From Raillietiella orientalis (lineage: Eukaryota), in the NCBI GenBank assembly GCA_036172245.1, contig JAYWIR010000001.1, positions 5,146,001 to 5,210,000 of the forward strand: DNA of 64,000 bases, in the 5' to 3' direction. This document shows positions 11,901-24,033 of this stretch, in pieces. Position numbers and translations under genes: made by a program. The stretch's first letter is position 1. Each line of letters opens with the position of its first letter. A model generated the notes under the pieces. It was not told the origin of the DNA and did not search any database. It worked only from the letters and a program-made list of their open reading frames with translations.

Positions 11901-14900
11901 TTTCGATCCGATGGTGAATAGGCGAGAGGGATGGCGAATTTCCGGCGGACCCGGGAGAAGCAGCAACCGGCGTTCAGCAGGAAAGGCTGGCCTCGAAGAA
12001 GGCGGCCGACCGACCCCGACTGAGGGACAGGCAGAGAGCGAATCGCGAGACAGAGATGGGGAGGCCTTCGAGGCAGCTCTGCAGCAGCTCCAAGAGCATC
12101 CCGACGCTAAGGAAGGGGAGTGACCCGGGCTGGTGGGAAGCAGGCGGGAGGAGTCTCTGAGTATGGGGAGAGTCTGCAGGACTCTGCCTACGTACTCGCA
12201 TTTGGAGTTGCCCGCCCTTACGAACACGTTGCAGCGGCTTCGCCAGGATCAGAGAGGATGAGGAGGAAGGCGACCGGATGTGGCGGACGCATCCCACCTC
12301 GAGTTGGGAAAGACAGGCAGGGCGCGTCGGAGGATGCACGCCATCATTCAGCACCTCCGGGGGCTCCAACCTCAAGCTCGGGGCAGGTCGCGGCCTGAGC
12401 TTGCGGTTGGTAGGAAACCCCGCCACTGCGAGAGAAAGCTGAAGAGATCGAGGGGAATGGTGGGAACTTCGCCCTTTTATTCCCGCTCGCTGACCACGCT
12501 GTTCCGCCCTCGAGGTCCTGCAAAGATGAGTCACCAATCTTCACATCGCGGAGCCGAGCAGCGACCAAGTTCTTCCTCCTTCCCTCTTTCCTCCTCCTAC
12601 ATTCCACATTTTTTCCTTCCTTCCTTTCTCCTCCTCTGACGCGCAACTCTTCCCTGGAGAGCCAGCACTCTGAGACGTGCCTCCCCCGTAGTCGTCACGC
12701 TCTCCCGGATGGCTCGAGCGCAGCTGGCGCCGCCCGTCGTAGCTGCCCGCCAACGCACAACTCGTTTCTGCCGGCACCACCCGGCAATCGAGCGGGCGAC
12801 AGCCTTCACGGTTCCGGAAACGATGACAGGGATCCCCTCCTTGAGTCCCTTCTTATCCGCAGTGAGTCCTGTGGGCGCCCTTCGTATCGAACCCGGCAAC
12901 TCGTCAGCGCGCGAGGGAAACTCGCGGCCGCTACCATGGAAACTCTCGGGAGACGCGCCGGCGATTCCGACGGTGGCGACCCGGCGAACCGCGTCACCAC
13001 GCGGCATTTGCGAGGGGAAGAGACTCTCGAGAGTGGAAGGAGAGCTCTCCTGGACGTCAGGGCAGCGAGCGATGAGGGGTCGGGGGTGGAGTCGTGGGGA
13101 AGGAGCGGCGCTATTGGAGCCAAAAGGCAGCGGCAGCGGCGCCTTGGACCAAGGACAGGGAGGAGAAAGAGGAGAGGGGAAGCAGAGAGGGAACTGTCTC
13201 CTCTCGCCAATCTTCACGTCGGCGCGGCGACCCCCGCAGCGCTCGGGCACCGCTGGCCGAAATGGCCGAAGGCGGTTTCCACCGGCAGGCGCAACCAGCT
13301 CGCCGGCTCGCGTGTTGCCGGGGATAACCCCTCTCGACCCTTAGGCGCATGTGAGGCGCTGCTACTGCTGCGCGCGGCTCCCGCCGATCTTTCCCCCGCC
13401 TCGGCTATAGGACGCTCCGGGGCACGATTTTGCCTAGGGAACGAGGAACCTTCCTGCCCGCCCAAGGAAAAGTCTTCCGCAGGCTAGAGTCCCATCCGTC
13501 CTGCAAATGCAGGGGAGTGAAATGGGAGGACTGACGGTACGGCTCCCTCGTTGCGCATGAAAGCGCGCTCAGGATGACAGCGGGGGCCACGAGACTTATG
13601 CGTTCCCGAGGCGCCACTTCGGTCGGACAGGGGAAGCGGTAGCATTCTGCGCCAGCCAGCCTCTCGGCGTCGGCAACTCTGACCTGCGGAGACTCCGACT
13701 CGCGTTCTCCCGTTCCAACGACGCCTCGAGACCATCCCACAGGACTCCCCCTGCGACCCGTGAGCGACCGCGCTGCAATCTCTGCCTCCTCCCTCCCGAA
13801 CACTGACCACAGCTGGTGCAGAGATATCTTAGGCTGTTCCCAAGGGATCGCCTCGAGGAAGTCGTGGACGGCGTTCAGCTCTCTCAGAGCCGCCTCCCTC
13901 GTGGTTAGGTCGCCGATCAGCAGCACCCTCTGGGAAGGAGAGAGGAGAAAGGGCCGTGAACAGCTCTCCCTCCTTTCCGTTTCTCCCAGAGCACGGCAGG
14001 AAGAGGGTGCGAGAGGGGACGCCCTCGCATGGAGTGGGGTGCCGACACGCACCTCCCTCAGACGATCTACGTCCATGTCCCAGGAAGCTCCTCTGCCTGC
14101 GTCGGCGTCGGCGGCGTTCCAGAGGACTCGTAGTCTGGAGACGGCTCCGTGATGGTACCCCAGACCGCTGTTGCGGCTCACGAAGAGCTCCTCGTCGGTC
14201 TCCTTCGTGGGCTTTTCCGGAGCCGGACGGGGGGCGGCGACTCTGCAGAGGACGGTGTTCAGGATCCACCTGGCCGCCTCCCCACTTTCGTGAGACAGCA
14301 GAGCCTCCTGGAGGAGAAAGCTCGTTCCCCTTTTGCTTCTTCGTCTTCCCTCTAGATGGTAGAATGCGCAAAGTGTGGCGAACGCGCGAATGAGTAGCCC
14401 GGCTCAGTGGCGTTGTTTTCGGCCCACCCACTCCACGGGAGCGAAGGAGGGGGAAGGGGGAGCAGTGTACGTACGGTCTTTTAGAGTGTACTCGTAGGCG
14501 TACGCGCAGGTTTTTTTTCCTTTTTTTTGTTTTCAACAGAGGAAAGAAAATAAACAAGAAAGGAAAAGACGAGGCCTGCGGGCGCGCCTGCCCTCCTCCG
14601 CTCGGAGCTGCTCTGAGCTGGGACGGTGCGGAGGTCTTTAATTTGCCTCCTCCCGTTCCGCCCCCTGCCCACGCCCAAAGGCATCTCCTTCCCTACTCTT
14701 CGCTCCTTGGTCCCGCCGACTCCGAGAGAGAGCCTTCCTCGCCGGCTGAGCGCCCCAGGAGGGTGCGGGCGGAGTCGCGGACGACTCGGGAGCGAGGGCT
14801 CCACACGAAGTCAGAGGACGAGGACGAGGGGAGGAAGAGGTTGAGAGCGCGGCCCAACCCCGTGAGGGGCGCCCCGAGGGGGACCCGAAGGAAGAGCCCT

Positions 14901-17900
14901 TCCCTCCCTCCGGGGAGAACTTTCCCCGAGGAGGGCAGCACCTCGCGGAAAACCGACTGGGTCGATACGCCAACCGGGCATGCAGCGGCCACCGACGCTG
15001 CTCCTTCCATCAGCTTCCTTCCTTCACGCCCTCCTCCCTAGCGGGATGACCTCGCCTGGGGGCATTGCCCTGCCCTCCGTAGTCCCTCCTCCCTCTGGAT
15101 CGATGGGTCTCTCAAATAAAAATAAATCGGCGACTGCCCCGCGGAGCAAAGAACATGGGGAGCGGAGATGGAAGGTCTGCACCTCCCCGCGGCGCCGCGT
15201 TCCATTCCGCAGATTCCTCCGTCCCCGCAGAGTCCCCGCCGGAGTGTGGGACGATGCCTAGCTGACCCCCTCCGCCGCTCTCACTGCAGCACTCCCGGGA
15301 GGGACCCCGGAGGGTCACCGCTCCCTTTCCTCCTCCTTTCAAAGCTCTCAGGATTTCGGTCGGTGCGCGTGCCCCCAATCTGCCTCTGGAGTCTTGTGGC
15401 GGAGATGGCGCACTCGATGGAGACTCGGCGGCTCACCTCCCGCACCTCAATCGCCTTCACCAGCGGCTACTTTCCTGGTTCCCTGCACGGAAGAGACGCT
15501 CGAAAGTTTCCTGAACGGACCCACTTCCCCCATCCCCGCCTGCCTATTAAGACGCTCCTTCCGGTACTGCCGGCTTTTTGAGGCACTGCCCGAGGTGGGT
15601 GGAGTTGGGTGGAGGAGGAGGAGGAGGAGAAAACGGAAGAAGGAAAGCGAAGGAGGAATGGAGGAAGAGGAGGAAGAGAGGAGAAAAAGGGAGGAGGAGG
15701 AAAAAGCAGCAGCTTGTGAAATGGTGCGAAGACTCAAAGGTGACCCGATGTCGGACCTCCTCCGCTGATTCCTGGATTCCCTGAGCAGGTGGAAGAAGCA
15801 AGAGGTTCCAGGGAGGACTGAAAACTTCGGACCCGACCCAGAAAAGCTTTGGAAGCTGAGGGAGAAGGGGATGCGAGGTCGCCGTCGTCTCCCGACCACG
15901 CAAAAACGGCAGGCGGCCATCTCCTGCTCCAGGAGGAAGAAAATGCTTTCCAGGACGCGCGCGCGCAATGGTCCCGGGGGAAGGAGGACACACGGGAAAG
16001 GTCCGCAGCCGGCTCCCGGAACATCGCCCAGGATGCGATCGGGGAGGCCTTTCTTTCTTCCAGAACTGTGGGCAGCAGACTCGTCGTCGTTTCCTCCGTT
16101 CCCCGGGTCGCTACCTCCGCTGCGGTTCCTCCTAGCGAACTGAGTCAGCAGCGTGACAGCGCGGCCTTGCGAAGTGGCGGCGATCGGTCCCCGGAGGTTC
16201 TTTGACCTCGGGCGTGCCGAAAACGAGAAAACGCTGCGAAAGGGCCAAGCGAATGCCGCGTGACGCATCGAGCGGTCGGCCCGGATTTTCGGGCGAACCT
16301 CGGACGCCCGCGTTCCGTCCTTGGGAGGATTCCCGGAGGGTGCGCCTTCCCTCTCGTCTCCTCCTCCCCCTTCCAAGTGGTGCCCCTCTGCGGTGGATGA
16401 GGAGGATTCGCTTCGGACTCTCAGGCGGCGCCCCTGCCGCCGACTGCCGAGGAGACACCGGCTCCGAACGAGACAATGTTCCAGGAAGGACGCTGACTAC
16501 CGTGTGACCTCGCACGCTGCCACGGCAAGATTGCCCGACTCGAGCCGTCTGCAGGCCGTCGTTCCCATTAGAGCACGCTGAAGGTCCGGTCGGCGCTGAG
16601 GTCGGGTAGGCCGACCGGAACGCGGTTCTCCCTGTTTTCCCCGCCGCAGTCTTCTGCTCTCATTCCTCGAGATCCTCCCCAGGAGAGCAGGGCACCTTCC
16701 CCACACACACCCTACTTCGGGGCCAAGGAGTGCGTGAATCCCCGGGTGAAACAGCGCGTTCCGTGTCCGCGCTCCCGGAACTCGTTTCCCCTTGAGGAGA
16801 TCCGAGTGCGGACTTTGGGGTGTACCTGCAGCATGCGGTCCTCTCGACTGAGGTCGCGGTCCTCCCAGGCCACGCCCTCCAGCCTCACCAGGACGCGTCT
16901 TCCTCCTTCCAGGACCGGATGCGTCTCCAGGGTCCAGTCTTCTGAGTAAACTCCCGGGAGCATAGGCCGGAAGATGACCTCCAGCGCGATCGTCGCTCCG
17001 GGAAGAAGAACCTCTGGAAATGGACGATGGGGGCGCATCGAGGAAAGGCTTCCTCGGGCCAAGGGAGTGTGACCTTCACTCCACCGCACCAAGGCTCAGG
17101 ACTCAGTGACCCACCGGCGGCGTCACTCGGGCGCTTGGAACGGGCGAAGGGGAGGCGCTGCCGAGAGAGGGATGCAGCCGGCGGCGCCCGGCTGCTCGAT
17201 GCCTTCCTGGAGCTCCTCCCTTCCCTTCCTTTCTGCGGAGGCGATCGGGACCCTCCCCCCGCCAGCTCTCCCGAAATCCTAGCAAATTCCGCCACCGGTC
17301 AGGCAGGTGACCCCGAACGCTCCCGCACCCCTTCCTTTCCCGGGTGGCACGAGAGTCGCGGCGCGACGGTCGGTCCTCCGCTGGGAGCCCCCGGCCTCCG
17401 GAGCCAGCCGCCTCCGATCCCGGTTTTGCCATCCCTCCCTCTCCACTCCCTGGATCACCGTTCAATCCTTCTTGCTTACGAGGGAACCTTCCCGTTTCGG
17501 CGGGCGACCTCCGCTCTCTCGTGCAAGAAACCGCACAGCTACCTCGGGTCACCAGCCCGGAAACAGTGAATGCGCCAGCTCCTTAAAGAGGCCAGCAGCA
17601 GCTCCAGGGTCGCCACCTGACCTAGGGTGGTTTCCTCTTAGTCCCCAAGGAGTGCTGAAGAGCCACTCGCCTCCTTAAGGGAAGGCTCACGAAAGTATTT
17701 GACGCCGTCCGCGCTGCCTGAGGGTGCGCGTGACCGTTCAAGTTAGGCGGTAACCCGAGAGGAACCACTCAATGGAATCCAGGAAGGCCCCGGAGGAAGG
17801 AGAGTCCGTTCCTCTCTCACAGTTGGCAGGGATATTCCTCGTTTCTCCCCCGGAGGGAGCCTGCAAGGCAACACCATTCCTGGTTTCCTCCTTTGAAGTG

Positions 17901-20900
17901 AAACCCGAGGCAACCATCTGAGGGGAGTATCAACGAGCTCCATCTTCACAACCGGAGGGGAACCAGCGCTTCCTGGTTTCTGGAATGACCCCCGAGGGTC
18001 AACTTCCAATCCCGGCCTGTCAACGGGGGCATAGGGCTCCAGGCAAATCCTGAGGGAGGGAAATGCACGACGTTTCCCCTCCCCCATTTCTCGGAGTCAA
18101 TCCTTCCCTGGGCGTGATTCGAACCCGCGACGCCTGGCACCACGCGCGCGAAGACCGCAGCCAAGCGGCCGCTAACTCCGCTGACTCCTCAAACTTGCTC
18201 AAAACCCTCGACAGCCGGTCATTTCTTTCGGTTACCCCCCGCCCCCGCCCGAACAAGCTGGGCGGGTGCCGTCGCATTCCTCCGGTGGACATGCTGGCTG
18301 GACACGCTGAGAATCTCGCTCGAGTCGCGCGCTCTCCACTCTTCGAACTGCGTGCGTTTCAGCAGCGGGGCTGAACGACGTGGAGATGTGCCCCTATCGA
18401 AGGAACCCTCTTGTGAAAGGTACGCCGCAGGTGGATGCTGGAGATCAGCACTGCATCCAGTTGAAACCGATCCTTTTCATCTGCGAATTTGCGTGCGGCG
18501 GCGTAGGATTTTAACCTTAATGTAATTTTGAGAACATGGTGGAATTGCGCAGTAAATGAAAAAGGCTGAGAAATGAATAAGAAAACAAAGAAAAACGCAC
18601 AAGAGAGATGGAAACGTCCCTTCTGAGCGGCGCGCGAAAATGCCGCTGTTGCCTAACAATCTCCAAGCAGCGGTGGCATCCAGGAAACACGGGAAAGAAA
18701 GCAATTACAGAGGGGGAGACAAAACGATCACTCCCCTCGATGAGACCGCAGCCGGTTGCTATGGCTTCGTTGAGGGATCGAATTTTCGAAAATCTTCTTT
18801 TTTTTCAGAAAAAAAAAAAAAAAAAAAGGAAAAGGAAGAAAGAAAGGGGTCCCGAGAGCCGCACAGAAAAACCGCTGTGGGTTGCCGACTCCCCAGAGCC
18901 GTGGCCACTCCTGACGCGACGAGATGGAAGCCGCAGTCACCTTTCTCCAGAGATCTGGATCTTCCAATCCCGTGAAAGAAACTTCCAGAAGGATGCGGGA
19001 CGGTCGTTTTAACGGGAGAGCCGTTTGTGTAGGCAAACGCAGAAAGGGAGAAGGAAGGGCACAGCCTTCGCGTCCCTGCCGACCCCGTGGAAACGACCAT
19101 GGAGTCACCTTTCCCCCGTTTTCGCAATCTCGCGCGCTCTCCACGAGGAACGTTCGACGGCTTCAGTCTTCCTAGCGGGAGGGTCGGGTGGCGGGTCATG
19201 GAACCAGACAAGCACACAGGCCCTGGAGGCCTTTGCAGTGAGGATTGTTGGGCTCGAAGAAGAACACGCGATCTGCCTCACGGAACTGCCAAGAACCGTC
19301 ATGCCCGCACCACCCTGCCTGACGAGTGGCCAGGCCGTAGTTCGAGCGACTCGTCCAAAACCTTCATCTTCCCTCACGATAATTCCAGGAATCAAAAGCG
19401 ATTCTTTCGCTTCGAGTGAGGCTGGGCGGCGAGCTGTCGCCATGGAGTTACGCCCTCCTGCAAAAACCGGCGTCCTGGCGCTCGGTTTCGAAAAAAAGGG
19501 GGAGCCCTAGCGCTGAGATCTCCTCCAGACGAAAGCGATCCATCGTGCACTACCTTCGTCTTCAGCCTCCAAGAGCGCGCGCGAATTGCAGGCGCCAAGC
19601 CATCGACCGGTCTCAGCACGATCCGCTTTTCGCAGCTCTCGTGTCTCGGAACTCGGCAACCCTGCGGGCCGAACTCGCTCCACTCGTAGCTGAGAGCTCG
19701 CGGGGGGGGGGGGGGGACTTTCGGGGAGGTTCGTTTTGTTGGCTCCGACTTTGCGAATCTAATGACGAACCTGTCATCGACATTCGATTGCCACTCGGTC
19801 CGTTTTGATTGCACGCGGAAATAACTGCCGCTCCCTGTCTGTCCATCGGGACGGCAGCAGCCGTTCGGGGAAGGAAAGGGGAGGGGGGGGGGGAGGACAG
19901 TTGCTGAAAGTTGCATGCCGTTCGCCCATATCCGAAGTGCTTTGAAATCGGAACCGACGTCATCGTGGGAGTCGGTGGGCAAGGAAACCTCTTCCGAACT
20001 GCACCGTCCAAAGAGCAAACAAACAAACAAGGAAAAAAAAGTCGCGTCTTTCACGCACGAATGCATGCGAAATTACAGACTCCATGTAATGCTGTTTTGT
20101 CGTGTCAGCGCCTGTCATTATCGGCTTCGAGACTGTTCCGGGGGAAACTGTTCCAGCGAAGCCCAAAAAGATACGTGAAAACTCGGTTTAGAAAAAGGAA
20201 AGAAAGAAAAAAGAAAAAAAGGGACAGAACTCGCGTTTCCTTCCGCAGCACCAAAGCACTTTCGAGGAGCGTCCTCTACGGGAGCAGTAGCTTTCCAGCC
20301 TCCTTGGGGGCCCTTATCGGTTCACCGGTTACTCCGGAAACGGACTCCGGCCCACCCACTCAGTCGCAACGGTTTGCAAAGCACGTCATCATCTCGATGA
20401 CTTCGAAATCGCAACGGTCGTAAGTGCAAGAGAAAACTTTCTGGAGAGCATCTGTACGCTCGGTTCACGAACGTCCTTCCAGGATCGGGATTCGAGTTCA
20501 GCAAGGTCGTGGGGTGGCGAGTTCTGGACCGGGAATCTGATTCCCTGTTCGTTGGATGCAGATTGGATGCTCACAGAAAAGAATATTGGCGTGTTTCCCG
20601 TAGCACTTTGCGCGTGTGGACATAACAAAGGACGATGCATGGCAACACTGCTTTTTAAATAAGACAATCCACAAGGTAACGCAGCCAATCAATTTTTCAC
20701 CATGTCCTTTCCGTTCAAAGCGCTCTTTTAAGGAACGCACTTTTTCTTAGACGCTGGAGAAAAATGAGCGAGTCAACGAGTCGTCGGATGAAAAAGGAAA
20801 AAAAAGCCAAGCCTCCGTTTCCAAGGTGGAGGCTCTTCGTTTGAGGAGAACACGGCAAAGCACCACGCGCTGCCTAACCCCACCCACTTGTGGTCCTCCA

Positions 20901-22781
20901 CCTCCACCCCGATCTTCCCGCTTCCCGACCAGACTGCTGTCCCCGGAACATACTTACTCTCCCGAATGTCCCAGAAAAACACTCTCGGGGAGTTCATGCG
21001 CGAGGGAGAGCTCGACAGCTCAGGATGCCGGTGGTAGCACCTCGGCGCCGTGCCCATCGGGCCACCGCAGAGGAGGTAGGCTCTCGGCACGGGGTCCCAG
21101 TGGAGCCGAAAGGTCGTCGAGCCGGTGTTCCTCAGGACGATCTTCCCGCGGCAAGGCGCCCTCGCCGGTCCGTGGAGCAGCACTTCCACTTCCGCCGCCG
21201 ATGAGCCCTGGGCAAGACACGCGCGCGTTCCTCGCAGGCGGGAAACCAAGCCGGGAGGCGGGGAAGGGGAGGATCCGACGGACCGACCCAAGTCCCGCAG
21301 GCGCTCAGCTTCAGGAAGGAAGCTCTCGGCGTGGGTGAAGAGCTGCCCCGTCGGCTGCCTCTGCCCCCGAAAGCGGACGAAAAAAGAGGGAATATGGAAA
21401 CGCAGACGCGGCGGTGCTCATGGTAACTGCGCTCAGCCGTTAGGGGCAACCGCAGCGCTTTCGTGCTGGCTGACGCTGAAGAAAGCTGCCTGAGGCCGTC
21501 AGATGCGCAGCGCTTCCCGCCCTTACACGAGCGTAGGAAGCGCGTATCGTTCCTCCGTTCCCGTGGCAACGGGAGCTGACTGTCTTCTGGCCTCCGGAAC
21601 GGCGGTGGCGGCCAACCTTCTCCGCGTGCGCCGGCCTTTCAGGGAAGGATGGAAGCGCGGCGTGTACGCCGAAGAGGTGGCCCCACCCGCTCGTCCGGGC
21701 CGGCCGGCGAGGAAGGCCACCGCTCCCCTCTGCCGCCCCACCTGCGATCCCGCGTCGCGCGGGTCCTTCCAGGAGAGGCTGACGTCGTTGATCTGCATCC
21801 CGGGTCCGCCCGGCGGCGGAGCAGCCGCCCCCGGTTCCTCCCGGGTGGCAACAGGCTCCTCTGCCCCTTCCCCGGGGCTCGGTGCCCCTTCCGGCTCGCA
21901 GGTGTCACCAGCGGTGTCCGAACTCCCGTCCTGGAGCTCTGCCGGAGGTGCCTTTGGGAAGATCGAGCCGTCCTCGCCCCTCAGGGGGCTTCCCAGAGCT
22001 TCCAAGAAGTCGAAGTTCTGGAGAGGGAGGTACTAGGGGGGAGGGGTTCCGGGAGACCAGCGGACGCACCGGGTAACGCCCCGTCTCCAGGGAGGCTCTG
22101 CGGAGCCGCTCCTTGTACAGACCATACACTTCCGGTTTCGCGGGCCAGGGGTTCTCCTGCAGGGTCTGCGGAGGCATTCCTGGAATCGACAGAGAATGAT
22201 CCCCCAAGAGGAGGAAGCGAGCAGCAGAAGGAAGGCGGCTCCGAGGTTTCTGACCAGCCTTCAGGCGCCTCGGCACGAGTTCTCATCTGCTGGGATTCGA
22301 TCCCGGTACCTTTCTGTTGCCTAGCAGACAAGCTGGAGCCCTGCAGCTTCGGGGGTTCGAGCACTCTCTCCGTTTTGGTCACGCAGATCCCGGTTTTGGT
22401 GCACAGGCTCGGAGACAGGCAAAAGGGAAGCTGCAAAATACGGTTTCTTTCTTTCTTTCTTTGTCTTTTTCCTCTCCAGTCGACGGCACCGCGCGCATCG
22501 GTGATGGTTCACGCGGCGCGCAGGTGCGGCCTAGCAAGAATTTTCTGGTGCCTCGGCGCCCCACGTGCTCCCTCAGGCAAGCCCCTCATGAGCGTCCCGT
22601 GACTTTGCGCCAACGTGGGAGTCCGCAAACGCGCTGGTTTCTTTCGAACCAGTCAGTGCCGCAGGTATCTGCAGCCGCGCGCACACAACCAGTAGCGAGC
22701 AAATGGTGAGAGCCAGGGTCCGGGAGGAGACGCCGTCGATGCTGGAGGCGAGGAAGCCCGAGGGTGCAAAGTCGTACGGGG
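2973..22781 (-). CDS. MYCBPAP: MYCBP-associated protein homolog (spliced; 5' exons unresolved)
   Basis: GT-AG exons on the minus strand: 22781-22604 (tentative), 22430-22310, 22179-22070, 22032-21742, 21207-20958, 17013-16826, 14307-14053, 13929-13808, 10609-10426, 10377-10314, possibly 3259-3204, and 3104-2973 (stop). Phases agree from 22604 to 10314. Peptides are collinear with recalled vertebrate MYCBPAP: TGICVTKT; KIVLRNTGSTTFRLHW; FFWDIRE-KVLLPG..FRPMLPGVYSEDWTLETHPVLEGG; EELFVSRNSGLGYHHGAVSRLRVLW..WDMDVDRLR; REAALRELN..LHQLC; VYSGLEQTLLDL. Confidence 0.8.
3988..4335. mobile_element. Non-autonomous pogo/Tigger-like DNA transposon (MITE), about 350 bp
   Basis: Terminal inverted repeats CAGTGGTACCTCGGTACTCG (3988-4007) and CGAGTACCGAGGTGCCACGG (4316-4335) match at 18/20 positions. 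Flanks are TG on the left and TA on the right (degenerate TA target duplication). The CGAGTACCG motif recurs internally. No transposase ORF. Confidence 0.75.
8040..8740 (+). mobile_element. Decayed L1/Tx1-like LINE ORF2 fragment (region after the reverse transcriptase)
   Basis: The translation FKLLG...ENIDRTIRKFDFDCQGMRPRKKAKVRFRTLIL resembles the YLG...I.r.ir.F.W.g....kv.w.tl segment of L1-clade ORF2. Degenerate. Confidence 0.45.
8930..9150 (-). mobile_element. Decayed LINE zinc-knuckle (zf-RVT-like) fragment
   Basis: Frameshifted CRQSPLVLP..RVGH / CECTVC / SDAL*HLFLE resembles the KQSALLLLHWGLP..RLSH..CCRC..ESLSHLLVDC copy at 47.2 kb. Confidence 0.45.
11232..11410. repeat. Purine-rich (GGA/GAA) low-complexity tract
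   Basis: About 180 bp of nearly pure A/G on the plus strand. Confidence 0.85.
11600..12480 (+). mobile_element. Decayed, internally deleted LINE ORF2 remnant (RT-like and zf-RVT-like pieces)
   Basis: QLALSCD../TAYDK..VAWL resembles the RT motif D..KAYD.V.W. Downstream, QDSAYVL/HLELP..DASHL resembles the family's SALLLLHWGLP..ESLSHL. Many frameshifts. Confidence 0.4.
15340..15560 (+). mobile_element. Possible decayed zf-RVT-like LINE fragment
   Basis: VRVPPICLWSL..AH.. followed, after a frameshift, by CTEETLESFL resembles vPpk...W...h....C..EtleHll. Confidence 0.3.
17560..18175 (-). mobile_element. tRNA-headed SINE-like element with LINE-derived body (copy C)
   Basis: B-box-like GGTTCGAATCA on the minus strand (plus coordinates 18115-18125) followed by CGCCCAGGGAA. 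The body aligns by eye with the copies at 48-49.3 kb and 51.1-51.9 kb, for example gagtatcaac.agct, ttcacaaccggag, gaatccaggaaggc and gagggtgcg.gtgacc.ttcaagttagg. Confidence 0.7.
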
Positions 22782-23989
22782 CTGATTGACTGAATTGTAC
22801 GGGAGCTGCCGTCATGTCCTTTTTTTTTGGGGGGGGGGGAGGCACTGCCTGTCAAGTTCCAAGCATCCGAGCTTCCAAGAACCAGTCCGTAGTGCGGACT
22901 CATCTTCCAGCCAAGCGCAAGTCCCTCACTGTTTGTCAAAGCTCCCGCATACAGTGATCATGTCATGCGCGCAACAACGCATGGTGCCGTCTCTGAGAGC
23001 CATGTTTTTCAGTCAATCCCCGGGTTCCCGCACTACCCCAGGCAAGCAGCTTTCAAAGGTGGCGGATGGACCAGCTGCTGTCAGTCCGCTGTTGACTCAA
23101 CAGCAGTAGTTTTTTTTTAAAAAAAAAAAAAAAAACTTTGAATGGAACGTGAATGTGGTGAGTCCACCTTACTGCCACTCGTATCAAGTCTTTGCATAGA
23201 CTCGTCCACATGAAACGGAATGCGGAAGCGAAAGATGATTCGCAGTTAGGAACGGATACCCGTGGCGAGATACCTCTCGTTGCCAGCATTCCGCGGGTTT
23301 CATTCTCGTACGAGAGACGGAAGGCGCGGAAAATTGTGGAAGTCAGCGCGCGAATGCATCCATCATCGGAGGAAGGGCAGTTCTACCGTTCCTTGCCCAA
23401 GAGAGCGGGAAGATGACCTCACACGAAGAGCAGCATGTAGGCAGCAGCAAAGAAAAGGGTTCGTTCAAGAGTCCCAGGATGCAAAGCCCGGTTCGAAGTC
23501 GAGGCGGAAGTGCTGAGTTCTGGGTGGAGCTTTGGATTTCCTGTTGAGAAGGGTCACAAGCAATCGTGTGTGTGTGTGTGTGAAGGGGTGGTCAGGACAT
23601 TTATGAGGAAAGGAGAAAAACTGGAGAAGAGAGGCGCTCGCATGCATGCGTGCTTGACGCGCAGAAGGATGCCAGCGTCAAGCCTTCCGTTTCTTTCCGC
23701 GAATGATGCAAACGCGATGTGCACCCAATGGAAGCACAAGAACGCGTCCCCGAGATGTCGTCGAAGGTGTTCCACCAAAGGTTGTTGTTGTCGTTGTTTG
23801 GCCGCTGCTGAACTCGCAAGTTGGCATTGAAATTCTGCGGAAGCATCTGGCTGTTTCCTTAAAATCAGCGGCAAAGACCAAGGAATTTCGGCATGATGAC
23901 CAGGCATATCTTCTGAAGGAACTGGAAACCGCATGGCGACTCAGATTCTCACTGATGAAATGAACTGTTAAGGCGAGTTGAACATAAGC

Positions 23990-24033
23990 AAAAATTGACT
24001 AAGGGATGAGAGAGCATCCCTTAGTCAATTTTT
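23990..24033. repeat. Perfect 19-bp inverted repeat with 6-nt loop
   Basis: AAAAATTGACTAAGGGATG-agagag-CATCCCTTAGTCAATTTTT. Confidence 0.9.
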
